From assembly GCA_041651355.1 (NCBI GenBank), contig JBAZJK010000001.1, forward strand, positions 37,883 to 101,882: a stretch of 64,000 nt of DNA, read 5' to 3'. Position 1 is the stretch's first letter; each line of letters begins with the position of its first letter. Of this stretch, positions 17,832-26,490 are shown piece after piece. This stretch comes from Patescibacteria group bacterium (lineage in GTDB: Bacteria; Patescibacteriota; Patescibacteriia; Patescibacteriales; UBA12465). Both the position numbers and the translations under genes were made by a program. The notes beneath the pieces are model-generated. The model was not told the origin of the DNA and did not search any database. It saw only the letters and a list, made by a program, of their open reading frames with translations.

Positions 17832-20800
17832 ATGCTTAATCCTATAAAAACCAGCGATTTCGACGCTATCCGGCTCAAATTAGCTTCGCCTGATAATATC
17901 TTGGCTTGGAGCCGGGGCGAAGTTTTACGCCCGGAAACGATTAATTATCGCACTCAAAAACCGGAAAAGGACGGTCTTTTCTGCGAAAAGATTTTCGGAC
18001 CGGTTAAAGACTGGGAGTGTGCTTGCGGTAAATACAAGAAGATTCGTTATAAAGGAATTATCTGTGACAAATGCGGCGTCGAAGTTACTCGGAGCGTCGT
18101 CCGTCGTGAGCGGATGGGGCACATTACCCTGCAGATCCCTTGCTCTCATATTTGGTTTCTACGCGGCTTATCTTCTAAGATCGGGCTTTTGTTAAATCTA
18201 GGAATCCAATCTCTGGAAAAGGTTATTTATTTTGCCAGCTTTATAGTTACCGAGGTGGATGAGAATCTCAAAGAAGCAACCATTGAGCAAATCAAACAGG
18301 AATATAAGTCTAAGCGCAAAAGCATTGAAAATGAATTTAATAACGCTAGCCGTCCTAAAGATAAGGAATTGTCAGCTGGCGATCTCAAGGATTTAACCAG
18401 AGTTAAAGAAGAAAGATTGAAACAGTTAGATGAGGATTTCGCGGCCGCCCAGAAAGAGTTGAAAGAGTTGAAGCCGCTTTTAATCTTATCCGAGAATCAG
18501 TATCAGACCCTTAGTTTGAAATTCGGCCACATCTTTGAAGCAGGTATCGGTGCTGAGGCTATCAGGTATTTATTATCTAAGATAGATTTAGCTAAAAGCA
18601 TCAAGAAAGTAGAAGAAAAGCTGGTAGATGCCATAGAATCAAAGAAGGACAAGCTGACTAAGCGCTTGAAGCTTTTAAAGAGTTTTAATAATAATAACAT
18701 TCGTCCAGAATGGATGATTTTAAATATCTTGCCCGTCGTTCCGCCTGACCTTAGGCCGATGGTAGCTCTAGACGGTGGCCGTTTTGCGGCTTCCGATCTT
18801 AATGATCTTTATCGCCGGGTAATCAACCGTAACAATCGTTTAAAGCAGTTGATAGAACTTAACGCTCCTGAGGTTATTTGCCGCAACGAAAAAAGAATGT
18901 TGCAGGAGGCCGTCGATGCTTTGATTGATAATTCGGCTCGGCATACTAAAACCGTGACCGCTTCTACCGGACAGAAACGCCAGCTAAAATCATTAGCCGA
19001 TGCTTTGAAAGGCAAACAGGGCCGTTTCCGCCAGAATTTATTAGGTAAGCGTGTGGATTATTCTGGACGTTCGGTCATCGTCGTTAATCCGAAATTGAAT
19101 TTAGATCAATGCGGCCTCCCCAAGATAATGGCACTAGAATTATTCAAGCCGTTTATCATTAGTCAGTTGATTAAGCGCGAGATAGTCCATAATGTCCGCA
19201 GTGCTTCCCGCTATATCGAAGCTGGACATGACGAAGTTTTCGATATTTTAGAAGAAACGGTTAAGGAATCTTATGTCCTTTTAAACCGTGCCCCGACTTT
19301 GCATCGTTTAGGTATCCAAGCCTTTAAACCTATCTTAATCGAAGGTAAGGCGATCCAGATCCATCCTTTAGTTTGTACCGCTTTTAATGCCGACTTCGAT
19401 GGCGACCAGATGGCTGTCCATGTCCCTTTGACGATTGAAGCGCGAGCCGAGGCTAAAGATTTAATGTTGTCTTCCCATAATCTATTGAAACCGGCTACCG
19501 GCGATCCAGTGGTAGCGCCAAACCAGGATATCGTTTGGGGTACTTATTATATGACTCTGGAAGACAAGGTTTCAGCTCTTAAGTCTGACAAGGAATTGAA
19601 GAGTTTTTATAGTGAAGATGAAGCCTTATTAGCCTACGAAAGCAACTTTATCGATTTGCATGAGACGATTCGTATTAAGTTCAATCAGGGCGACTTGATT
19701 AGAACTACGGTCGGGCGCATAATTTTTAATTTAATCCTTCCGGAGAAATTACGCTTCATCAATGACGTGGTCGGTAAAGGGAAATTAAAGGATTTGATTA
19801 AAGAGTGCCTACATGTCTATGGCGAGGAGTCGACGGTGCACTTTATTGATAACCTGAAGAATAAAAGTTTTGCCTTCATTACCAAGTCTGGTTTATCTTG
19901 GGGTTTTGGCGACCTGCCTGATCTTAAAGAAAAAGACCTGTTGATCGAGGCGGCTAACCAGAAAGTAGACCTTATCCAAGAACAGTATGAAGAAGGCTTG
20001 CTCACTGAAAGCGAACGCTATGCTAAGGTCATTGAAGAATGGACTAATACTAAGGATAAGATCGCTGATATCTGCAAGCAAGGCCTAAATGATGTTTTGC
20101 CCGTGTTCTCCATGATTGATTCTGGTGCGCGCGGTTCTTGGGCTCAGCCGGTTCAGATTCTAGGTATGAAGGGTTTGGTGACTTCACCTTCCGGCGCGAT
20201 TATCGAATTGCCAGTCAAGGGTAACTTTAAACGCGGTTTCGGTGTGTTGGAATATTTCATTTCGACTCACGGTGTGCGTAAAGGTTTATCTGATACGGCT
20301 TTAAGAACGGCTAATGCCGGTTATCTAACTCGCCGTTTAGTCGATGTTTCTCAAGATGTAATCGTGTCTAGCGAGGATTGTGGCGATAGTGAGGGCTTAT
20401 TATTCAATCGTCAGGAAGCTGAAAAGAATGGTGACGATTTCTTCAAGAAGATTACCGGACGTTATTTGGCTCAGGATCTCTTGGATTCAAAAGGGAAATT
20501 ATTAGCTAAAGCCGGGGATCTTTTAACCGAATCAGTCGTCAAGACTTTTAAAGGTAAAGATTTTTCCGATATCATCATTCGTTCGGTTTTGAGCTGCAAG
20601 CTCCATAAGGGTGTTTGTGCTAAATGTTATGGCTACGACTTAGCTTATAATAAAACCGTGAAGATGGGGGCGACCGTTGGTATTATCGCGGCCCAGTCGA
20701 TCGGAGAACCAGGAACTCAGTTGACGATGAGAACTTTCCATACGGGCGGCGTTGCCGGACAAGATGATATTACCCAGGGTTTGCCGAGAGTTGAAGAAAT

Positions 20801-21776
20801 TTTTGAAGCCCGTCCACCGAAAAAGAAAGCCTTGATGTCGGATGTCGCTGGTAAGGTTAAAGTGGAGTTTGCCCAGAAGATAATTAAAGGTGAGGACGGA
20901 CAGGATATCTTAGTCAACAATCCGCAAGCCAAAGTGTTGAGTATTTATTTTAAAGGCAAGGATTCGGATAAATATTATTTTTCCGAGAAGATTAATGAAG
21001 TTAAGCTGGCTGGCGGGATTACCGGTAAGACCAAGGCGAAGATCGAAGTCAAAGTCTTGGTGCAAGACGGTGATAAGGTTGCCAAAGGTTCGGATCTGTT
21101 CAAGGTCGGAAGCGAATTGGTTAAAGCTAAGGCTGCCGGCGTCGTCGAAGTTAATGATAAGTTCATCAAGATTTCCAAAGAAGTCGATAAGGTTAAGGAG
21201 TTTTCCATTCTCAAAGGTACGATGTTAATGGTTAAGGATGGCGATACAATTGAAAAGGGCCAGCAATTAACTGAAGGCAGCTTAGATTTACGCGAATTGT
21301 ATAAGCTTAAGGGCCGCCTAGAAACCCAGAAATATATTATCAGGGAAATCCAGTACGTTTATTCTTCCCAGGGCCAACCTTTGAATGATAAGCACGTAGA
21401 GATCATTGCTCGTCAGATGTTTTCTCGCTATCTTGTTAAAGATCCGGGCGATTCCGGATTATTGCCAGGTGAGACCGTTGAAGAAGAAGTTTTAAGCGTC
21501 GCCGACAAGAGTGCTGCGACCAAAGTCAAGGCCGAAAGATTACTCTTAGGCATTACTAAGGCTTCTTTAACAACGGATAGCTTCCTATCAGCGGCTTCTT
21601 TCCAAGAGACTTCCCGAGTTTTAATCGAGGCAGCCGTTAATGGCAAAATCGATTATTTGGAAGGACTTAAGGAAAACGTCATCATCGGCTGTCTGATTCC
21701 GGCTGGCACCGGCTATAAAGGTAAGCAGCTACGCGATGATTACGGCCAAGCTAACCCTGAATTATCCGAGAAATAA
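17832..21776 (+). CDS. rpoC: DNA-directed RNA polymerase beta' subunit
   Basis: Zn-finger CACGKYKKIRYKGIICDKCGVEV, catalytic NADFDGDQMAVH, and the trigger-loop region TFHTGGVAG. The track ORF opens at TTG 17811; ATG at 17832 (MLNPIKT...) is the more likely start. Confidence 0.97.
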   Translation: MLNPIKTSDFDAIRLKLASPDNILAWSRGEVLRPETINYRTQKPEKDGLFCEKIFGPVKDWECACGKYKKIRYKGIICDKCGVEVTRSVVRRERMGHITLQIPCSHIWFLRGLSSKIGLLLNLGIQSLEKVIYFASFIVTEVDENLKEATIEQIKQEYKSKRKSIENEFNNASRPKDKELSAGDLKDLTRVKEERLKQLDEDFAAAQKELKELKPLLILSENQYQTLSLKFGHIFEAGIGAEAIRYLLSKIDLAKSIKKVEEKLVDAIESKKDKLTKRLKLLKSFNNNNIRPEWMILNILPVVPPDLRPMVALDGGRFAASDLNDLYRRVINRNNRLKQLIELNAPEVICRNEKRMLQEAVDALIDNSARHTKTVTASTGQKRQLKSLADALKGKQGRFRQNLLGKRVDYSGRSVIVVNPKLNLDQCGLPKIMALELFKPFIISQLIKREIVHNVRSASRYIEAGHDEVFDILEETVKESYVLLNRAPTLHRLGIQAFKPILIEGKAIQIHPLVCTAFNADFDGDQMAVHVPLTIEARAEAKDLMLSSHNLLKPATGDPVVAPNQDIVWGTYYMTLEDKVSALKSDKELKSFYSEDEALLAYESNFIDLHETIRIKFNQGDLIRTTVGRIIFNLILPEKLRFINDVVGKGKLKDLIKECLHVYGEESTVHFIDNLKNKSFAFITKSGLSWGFGDLPDLKEKDLLIEAANQKVDLIQEQYEEGLLTESERYAKVIEEWTNTKDKIADICKQGLNDVLPVFSMIDSGARGSWAQPVQILGMKGLVTSPSGAIIELPVKGNFKRGFGVLEYFISTHGVRKGLSDTALRTANAGYLTRRLVDVSQDVIVSSEDCGDSEGLLFNRQEAEKNGDDFFKKITGRYLAQDLLDSKGKLLAKAGDLLTESVVKTFKGKDFSDIIIRSVLSCKLHKGVCAKCYGYDLAYNKTVKMGATVGIIAAQSIGEPGTQLTMRTFHTGGVAGQDDITQGLPRVEEIFEARPPKKKALMSDVAGKVKVEFAQKIIKGEDGQDILVNNPQAKVLSIYFKGKDSDKYYFSEKINEVKLAGGITGKTKAKIEVKVLVQDGDKVAKGSDLFKVGSELVKAKAAGVVEVNDKFIKISKEVDKVKEFSILKGTMLMVKDGDTIEKGQQLTEGSLDLRELYKLKGRLETQKYIIREIQYVYSSQGQPLNDKHVEIIARQMFSRYLVKDPGDSGLLPGETVEEEVLSVADKSAATKVKAERLLLGITKASLTTDSFLSAASFQETSRVLIEAAVNGKIDYLEGLKENVIIGCLIPAGTGYKGKQLRDDYGQANPELSEK

Positions 21777-21790
21777 TTTTAAATAATTCA

Positions 21791-21817
21791 AAAAGCGCCC
21801 TATTATGGGCGCTTTTT
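21791..21817 (+). terminator. Rho-independent terminator after rpoC
   Basis: aaaaGCGCCC tattat GGGCGCttttt. Confidence 0.75.
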
Positions 21818-21876
21818 ATTATAAGCCTTCAGTCTTTTTAATTTTAGCAAAATAGCTTAAAATATAGACAGAGGCT

Positions 21877-23451
21877 ATGATAGCCAAATTTTTTGCTTTA
21901 GTTCTAAATTTGATTTATTTCTCTATGGGTCGATGGTGGAAAATCATTAAAAATAGCACTTTGTTAAAGATCCGCTTATCTTTAGCTTTTCTCTTAGCTG
22001 TTATCATCTCATTTTTCTTATTGGCTAAAGTCGTTCCTAGCGGCAAAATTGTTTATAGTCGGGACTATTCACGTAGCTTTTTCGGTTTAGGCGGCCAAGG
22101 CTTCTTAAGCCTTTTTAGCCCAGCTGACAGAATTGACGCGATTTCTGGCGCCTATCCCCGTTTTCTGGCCGACCCGATCTATTTTTCTGTTTTTACTCCG
22201 CGGCGTTTTGAGAGGGCGCGCTTAATTATTAAATATCAAGACGCTTTATCTGATAACACCCCGCTTATCGAGGCCGGTGTTTTGAAAGACAAGATGATTT
22301 GGAGTTACCAGATGAAGCCGATAGAAAATAAAATTTTGGATTCATTATCTTGGCCGTCCTTGCGCGATGGATCCTTAGTCTTGTACCAGCGTTCAGAAAA
22401 AGTTAAAGATCTTTCTGTCTTTCAGCAAGATGTCGCGGGCCGAAATGATTTAGCCCTTTATAATTATACTCTGAACAAGCGTTTTTATTTGCCGGATTAT
22501 CAGGCCGGGCAGTCAAGCCGGATAGTAGCTTCGGCTCTGCGGGGGCCTTACCAATTTTATACCTATATTGATAACGAGAGCTTAAATTTTATTTTCTATT
22601 TTCAAGACCTCAACCAAAATTATGATTTAAAAGGTGACGGTATTAATATCGTAGTCAGAGACCAAGCCGGAAAAAATATTTTAAGCCGTGAGATTTCTGA
22701 TGACGGCATTATCGTTGATAGCGGTGATTTAGGCCCCGAGAAAATCAGCTCTTTTATCATAAAAGATTTACCCCGGGGAGTTTATAGGATTGAAGTTAAA
22801 ACTAACGACGATATCCTGACTAAGAAAATAATTAGCACGCAAAGCAAGCTCTCCTTCATTAATAAGGTTTGGCTAGAAGATTCAGATTCAGGCTCGAAAT
22901 CCACGGAGATTTATACTAACGCCGACTATATTAAGGCGACCGCTTTTGGAGCCTCCGGCTTGCAAAACTTATTTTTCCAGGATAAGGCTTATAAGATTGA
23001 TGCTCCTTTTCAGCAGTTTAGTTTCAAGACCAAGAACGGGTCGGGGGCTGGAGCTTACCGGATCAACGCTAAGCCCAAGAATCTTATCTTGGAGAATAAC
23101 GGAGTCTTCGCTTTCAGTCCTGAGGCCTTAGTGATCCCAGATTTCCCTAAAGTTGATGGTAATTGGTCGGATAGTCCAGAAATTAACTATATATTAGCCG
23201 AATATGAACAGCCCCAGAGCTTTGGCGAAGATAAATTGGCAGTCTTAGATTTTGATCTCAGCGATGCTTACCGAGAAAAAGGCAAATATGGTTTTATGAT
23301 ATCCATTCCTGGCCTTTATGCCGATAATCAGAATCGAGCGGCTATTGGCTTGGATCCCGCTTATCTCCAGGTTAAAGAAATCAGAGTAGAGCTGGCTGGC
23401 CAGAGTTTGGGCCAAAAGATTAAAGAATTGTTTAAGCGTTTATATGATTAA
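21877..23451 (+). CDS. Hypothetical membrane-anchored extracytoplasmic protein
   Basis: One N-terminal hydrophobic anchor (LSLAFLLAVIISFFLLAKV) precedes a ~470-aa beta-rich region. I recognise no family. An alternative start is M17 at 21925. Confidence 0.5.
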   Translation: MIAKFFALVLNLIYFSMGRWWKIIKNSTLLKIRLSLAFLLAVIISFFLLAKVVPSGKIVYSRDYSRSFFGLGGQGFLSLFSPADRIDAISGAYPRFLADPIYFSVFTPRRFERARLIIKYQDALSDNTPLIEAGVLKDKMIWSYQMKPIENKILDSLSWPSLRDGSLVLYQRSEKVKDLSVFQQDVAGRNDLALYNYTLNKRFYLPDYQAGQSSRIVASALRGPYQFYTYIDNESLNFIFYFQDLNQNYDLKGDGINIVVRDQAGKNILSREISDDGIIVDSGDLGPEKISSFIIKDLPRGVYRIEVKTNDDILTKKIISTQSKLSFINKVWLEDSDSGSKSTEIYTNADYIKATAFGASGLQNLFFQDKAYKIDAPFQQFSFKTKNGSGAGAYRINAKPKNLILENNGVFAFSPEALVIPDFPKVDGNWSDSPEINYILAEYEQPQSFGEDKLAVLDFDLSDAYREKGKYGFMISIPGLYADNQNRAAIGLDPAYLQVKEIRVELAGQSLGQKIKELFKRLYD

Positions 23452-23674
23452 TCGGTTAAGGATTTTACAGGGGGTTAATCATCCTTGGTGGCCAGTAGTC
23501 GCTCGGGAATTATTTTATTTTTTCTTTTTCACTTGGGTGATTTTAAATCTGATGGAAATTATTTTTTCTAAGATCGTCTTGGTTTATTTTAATTTAAATT
23601 ATTTATTTTTAGTCGCGGTTATTTTCGGCTTAGCTAGCTTAGTCCAGCCCAGAGCAGAAAAGAATAATCCTTAA
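23444..23674 (+). CDS. Small hypothetical membrane protein (two predicted TM helices)
   Basis: The 8-nt overlap with the preceding gene (ATGATTAA) suggests translational coupling. The hydrophobic segments are FYFFFFTWVILNLMEIIF and YLFLVAVIFGLASLV. Confidence 0.35.
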   Translation: MINRLRILQGVNHPWWPVVARELFYFFFFTWVILNLMEIIFSKIVLVYFNLNYLFLVAVIFGLASLVQPRAEKNNP

Positions 23675-23685
23675 TCTATTATAAT

Positions 23686-25758
23686 ATGTCTTTATCTAAT
23701 TTTTTAAAGCCCTCAGCAATTGTTTTGGTCGGCGCGTCTTCTCACCCTGCTAAGATCGGGCACCAGATTTTGAAAAATATCATTAACTCCGGTTTTTCAG
23801 GCAAGATTTATCCGGTAAACTTAAAAGGTGGAAGATTGTTGGGCTGGAAGGTCTATCAGAGTCTAGAAAAACTGCCGTCATTAAAGAAAGTGGGGGCCTT
23901 GGTGGTGATAGCCATTCCCGCTCCCTTAGTTCTGCCTGAGGTCGAGCGGGCCGGCCGCCTGGGCTTCAAGAATCTAGTGATTATTAGCGCCGGTTTCAGG
24001 GAAAGCGGTGCTGAGGGTGTAAATAGGGAAAACCAGCTTAGAGATTTGGCCCAAAAGTTCCATTTGAATATCTTAGGACCGAATTGTTTAGGATTTATAA
24101 ATAATCGCTTACCTTTGAATCTGTCCTTTGCCCAAGCCCTGCCCGCGAGCTCGGGTCAGTCAACCGGCTTAGCCTTCTTATCTCAGTCTGGCGCTTTAGG
24201 TAGCGCCTTGCTTGACTGGTGCCGCGCCAAAAATCTGAATTTCGAACTCTTCATCAGCTTAGGTAACCAAACAGTTCTTTCGGATAATGATTTTTTAGAG
24301 CTCATTTTAAATGATAAGTCGATCAAGGCGGTCTATCTATATTTAGAAGAGATTACCGCCGGGTCAAAATTCATTTCTTTAGTATCGCGCTTGTCTAAGC
24401 GCAAGCCGGTATTTGTATTGTTATCTGGCTTAACTGAACAGGGGGCACAGGCGGCCAAATCTCATACTGGTTCTCTATTGGGCTCATCCTCTTTGGCAAA
24501 GCTGGCCCTAAAAAGAAGTGGCGCAGTCATCTTGGAAAATTTGAGCGCCCTATTCAACAGTTTAGAGTTTTGGTCGTCTCAAAAATGGTCCGGTGATTCG
24601 CCGGCAGACCTTTTTATTGTTTCTAATGCCGGCGGTCCGGCGGTTTTAAGCGCGGATGCCGCTGCTCAGCTGGGCTTAACTTTATCACCCCTGTCTCCTG
24701 GTTTAGCTAAAGAAATGAAAAGGCGCTTACCAATGCTCGATAATTACAACAATCCTTTAGATATTTTAGGCGACGCCGATCCTCAGCGCTATGAGCTGGC
24801 TCTTAAGACTATTTTTGCCAAGCAGGCGAAAGCTCAAGTTTTAGTTTTATTAACTGCCCAGACCATGACTGACCCGATGTCAGTGGCCAAGGTGATGGTT
24901 AAAACAGCCAAAGCCTACCCAAAACAAAGTCTCGCGGCTAGCTTTATCGGGGGTGCCGCCGTCCAAGCCGCTAAAGACTATTTAAGCAAGAACAACATTG
25001 CGGTCTTTGCCAGTCCGGAGGAATTTTTAGGTGCTTATCAAAAATTATTTAACTATATTAAGGGCCGGGCAAGCCTCCAAATTTATGTAGCACCTAAGTC
25101 TTTAAGCAAAAAACCTATTTTAGCCCCTGCCGGCTTTTATGATTATATCGGTTCTTTAGAATTGTTACGTTCTTACGGAATCAAGGTAATAAAAACTATA
25201 AAATATGCAGATTGGCGGCCAGGAGTCCTTAAGTTCCCCGTAGTGCTGAAGGCCGTCGGTCCGGACTTCGTCCATAAAAGTGAAAGCCGCGCGGTCATCC
25301 TTAATCTTCCTGATGATCAAGCGCTTAAGGCGGCGGTTCGGCGTTTAAACCTGTCTTTCAAGAGACAGTTACGCTCCCCGCTTAATTATTTCGTAGTCCA
25401 AGAGAGTGGCCAGGGGCGCCAAGAGATGATATTAGGCTTCAAGCGAGACAAGGTCTTCGGTCCAGTCTTAATGTTTGGCCAGGGGGGTATTTATACTGAA
25501 GTTTTTAAAGATATCGTTTTTAGCTTGCCAGGCTTTGATCAGAAGCAGGCTTTAGAACTGATTAAGCAGTTAAAGATTTACCCGGTATTAAATGGAGCCA
25601 GAGGACAGAAAGCTTATGACCTTAAAGCTTTGATCCAAGCTATTTTAGATTTGAGCCGCTTAGCACTGGAACATCCAGAAATAAAAGAGCTAGATATCAA
25701 CCCCTTGTTTTTAAAGGATAAGGGCGCCCTAGCCGTTGATGTCCGTATTATTATTTAA
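23686..25758 (+). CDS. Acetyl-CoA synthetase (ADP-forming), fused alpha/beta (acetate--CoA ligase, NDP-forming)
   Basis: An N-terminal CoA-binding domain (PSAIVLVGASSHPAKIGHQILKNI), a succinyl-CoA-synthetase-like ligase domain (LGPNCLGF, SQSGALG, HTGSL) and a C-terminal ATP-grasp domain. Confidence 0.8.
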   Translation: MSLSNFLKPSAIVLVGASSHPAKIGHQILKNIINSGFSGKIYPVNLKGGRLLGWKVYQSLEKLPSLKKVGALVVIAIPAPLVLPEVERAGRLGFKNLVIISAGFRESGAEGVNRENQLRDLAQKFHLNILGPNCLGFINNRLPLNLSFAQALPASSGQSTGLAFLSQSGALGSALLDWCRAKNLNFELFISLGNQTVLSDNDFLELILNDKSIKAVYLYLEEITAGSKFISLVSRLSKRKPVFVLLSGLTEQGAQAAKSHTGSLLGSSSLAKLALKRSGAVILENLSALFNSLEFWSSQKWSGDSPADLFIVSNAGGPAVLSADAAAQLGLTLSPLSPGLAKEMKRRLPMLDNYNNPLDILGDADPQRYELALKTIFAKQAKAQVLVLLTAQTMTDPMSVAKVMVKTAKAYPKQSLAASFIGGAAVQAAKDYLSKNNIAVFASPEEFLGAYQKLFNYIKGRASLQIYVAPKSLSKKPILAPAGFYDYIGSLELLRSYGIKVIKTIKYADWRPGVLKFPVVLKAVGPDFVHKSESRAVILNLPDDQALKAAVRRLNLSFKRQLRSPLNYFVVQESGQGRQEMILGFKRDKVFGPVLMFGQGGIYTEVFKDIVFSLPGFDQKQALELIKQLKIYPVLNGARGQKAYDLKALIQAILDLSRLALEHPEIKELDINPLFLKDKGALAVDVRIII

Positions 25759-25759
25759 T

Positions 25760-26485
25760 ATGTATCAAGGCCAAAAAATCATCGTGGTTCTGCCGGCTTA
25801 TAATGCCGCCAAGACGCTGACCCAGACGGTTAATGATCTGCCGTCTTTAGTGGACCAGGTTATCCTAGTTGATGATTTTAGCCATGATGAAACCGTTAAG
25901 ATTGCTCAAGACTTAGGCTTAAGTATTGTTCGCCATGCTAATAATAAAGGCTATGGAGCTAACCAGAAAAGTTGTTACCAGGCGGCGCTGGAGCAGGGTG
26001 GTGATATTATTGTCATGATTCATCCCGATTATCAGTATGACCCTAAATTAGTTAAATATTTTGCTGAGTTTATCGGTGATGGTTATTTTGATGTGATGCT
26101 CGGCACTAGGATCCGGTCGCGCCGTGAAGCCCTGGCTGGCGGCATGCCTTTATATAAATATTTATTTAATCGTTTCTTGACCATTATTGAAAATTTAGTC
26201 AGCGGTTTAAACCTTTCAGAATGGCACACCGGCATGCGGGCCTACAAGAGAGAAGTTTTAGAAAAGATTGCTTGGTCGAAAAATTCCAACGATTTCGTAT
26301 TTGACTCCCAGATACTTTTTCAGATCGCTGCTCAACATTATCGGATCGGGGAAATCCCGGTACCGGTTAGATATTTTCCCGAAGCTTCATCGATTAATTT
26401 TAGACGTAGTTGCCGCTACGGCCTAGGCACCCTGGCGGTTGTATTGAGTTACTTGATTAATAAAGACCGGTGGCGCGGTCATTAG
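25760..26485 (+). CDS. GT2 glycosyltransferase, polyprenol-phosphate sugar synthase-like (DPM1/GtrB type)
   Basis: KIIVVLPAYNAAKTL, VILVDDFSHDET, NKGYGANQK and IHPDYQYDP. The track ORF opens at TTG 25736, inside the previous gene; ATG 25760 sits 2 nt after that gene's stop. Confidence 0.8.
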   Translation: MYQGQKIIVVLPAYNAAKTLTQTVNDLPSLVDQVILVDDFSHDETVKIAQDLGLSIVRHANNKGYGANQKSCYQAALEQGGDIIVMIHPDYQYDPKLVKYFAEFIGDGYFDVMLGTRIRSRREALAGGMPLYKYLFNRFLTIIENLVSGLNLSEWHTGMRAYKREVLEKIAWSKNSNDFVFDSQILFQIAAQHYRIGEIPVPVRYFPEASSINFRRSCRYGLGTLAVVLSYLINKDRWRGH

Positions 26486-26490
26486 CATAT

